Position numbers and translations under genes: made by a program
The notes under the pieces: generated by a model
The model's database searches: none
What the model saw: only the letters and a program-made list of their open reading frames with translations
Told to the model about the DNA's origin: nothing
Shown: one piece after another, positions 63,303 to 64,000 of the stretch
Layout: each line of letters opens with the position of its first letter
Position numbering within the stretch: the stretch's first letter is position 1
DNA from: Promethearchaeota archaeon
Lineage (GTDB): Archaea > Asgardarchaeota > Lokiarchaeia > Sigyniarchaeales > SOKP01
Length of the DNA: 64,000 bases
Assembly (NCBI GenBank): GCA_048938895.1
Contig: JBHLLU010000005.1
Coordinates: forward strand, 1-64,000
Reading direction: 5' to 3'

Positions 63303-64000
63303 ATGAACATTGCTGAAAATAATAAAAGTACTATTGGTACGGACACTAAACCTGATGCATCACAAAAATTATTAGAAGTTAAAAATCTAAAGACGTACTT
63401 CTATACAGAAGAAGGTATTGTTAAGGCAGTAGATGGCGTATCTTTCGATATTTATGAAGATGAAGTACTTGGACTTGTAGGGGAAACAGGTTGTGGTAAA
63501 TCAGTGACAGCATTATCAATTTTACAATTAGTAAGAGCTCCGGGTAAAATTATTGACGGTTCAGTAATTTTTAAAGGTAAAAACCTTTTAAAAATGAAAG
63601 AATCTGAAGTAAGAAATTTTCGTGGGAAAGATATCACAATGATATTTCAAGATCCATTAAATTCACTTAATCCTGTATTTACCGTTGGAAGGCAAATTTC
63701 TGAAGTATTCTATTTGCACCAGGAAACAGAATTAAAGAAAGAATTAGACAAACTATTATTAGAAAGAAGAACTAGATTAGAAGAAAAGAAAAATCTTGAA
63801 CAAACTATAAATGATGAAGAAATTCAATTAACTGAAGAAGAAAGAGAAGAAGTCGCTTCTAAAATAGAAGAATTAAAAGATCTTACAAGACATATCCCAA
63901 CTTTAAAAGATGTTGCTCTAAAAAGATCAGAACAAATTATTAAAGAAGTAGGGATCCCAGATGCAAAGGGGATTTTAAAAAGATATCCTCATGAATTAAG
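63303..64000 (+). CDS. dppD: Peptide ABC transporter ATP-binding protein, partial; runs off the right edge
   Basis: Hand translation: [49 protein letters not shown]. Confidence 0.93.
   Translation, partial: MNIAENNKSTIGTDTKPDASQKLLEVKNLKTYFYTEEGIVKAVDGVSFDIYEDEVLGLVGETGCGKSVTALSILQLVRAPGKIIDGSVIFKGKNLLKMKESEVRNFRGKDITMIFQDPLNSLNPVFTVGRQISEVFYLHQETELKKELDKLLLERRTRLEEKKNLEQTINDEEIQLTEEEREEVASKIEELKDLTRHIPTLKDVALKRSEQIIKEVGIPDAKGILKRYPHEL

Noticed and set aside
1039-63637. Numerous 60-136 aa ORFs antisense to or nested in long genes (for example 1324, 2808, 5607, 14109, 31080, 35903, 44725, 51426, 54245, 63452)
   Set aside because: They overlap well-supported genes fully or almost fully and have no motifs; expected shadow ORFs.

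Overview
AT-rich (roughly 30% GC by eye), gene-dense archaeal chromosome segment, most likely from an Asgard archaeon (Lokiarchaeia/Promethearchaeota). The assignment rests on archaeal replication genes (topo VI A/B, MCM, Gins23) occurring with eukaryotic-signature proteins (Rab-like GTPase, roadblock, longin-like, V4R/Bet3-like pair, ribophorin I). Housekeeping content includes coaBC, pyrE, cofD/cofE, lipS1-lipoate ligase-lipS2, leuS, tpiA, hdrC, map, secG/Sec61beta, an aglH-like GPT and a Dpp ABC transporter. A seven-gene MoxR/DUF58/DUF4129/pseudo-transglutaminase envelope operon is also present. I saw no mobile element, CRISPR array or rRNA. Highlights not in the ORF track: (1) a small membrane-anchored ORF at 52051 with Cys-Lys-Ile-UGA (CxxU), an open frame beyond the UGA and a eukaryote-type SECIS-like hairpin, convergent with a CcdA/DsbD transporter, which makes it a candidate new selenoprotein redox system; (2) a tRNA-Gln(UUG) interrupted by two non-canonical introns (D-loop and T-loop); (3) several core genes that appear to start at ATA/ATT/ACG. 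All functional calls come from motif recognition by eye; no database searches were run.
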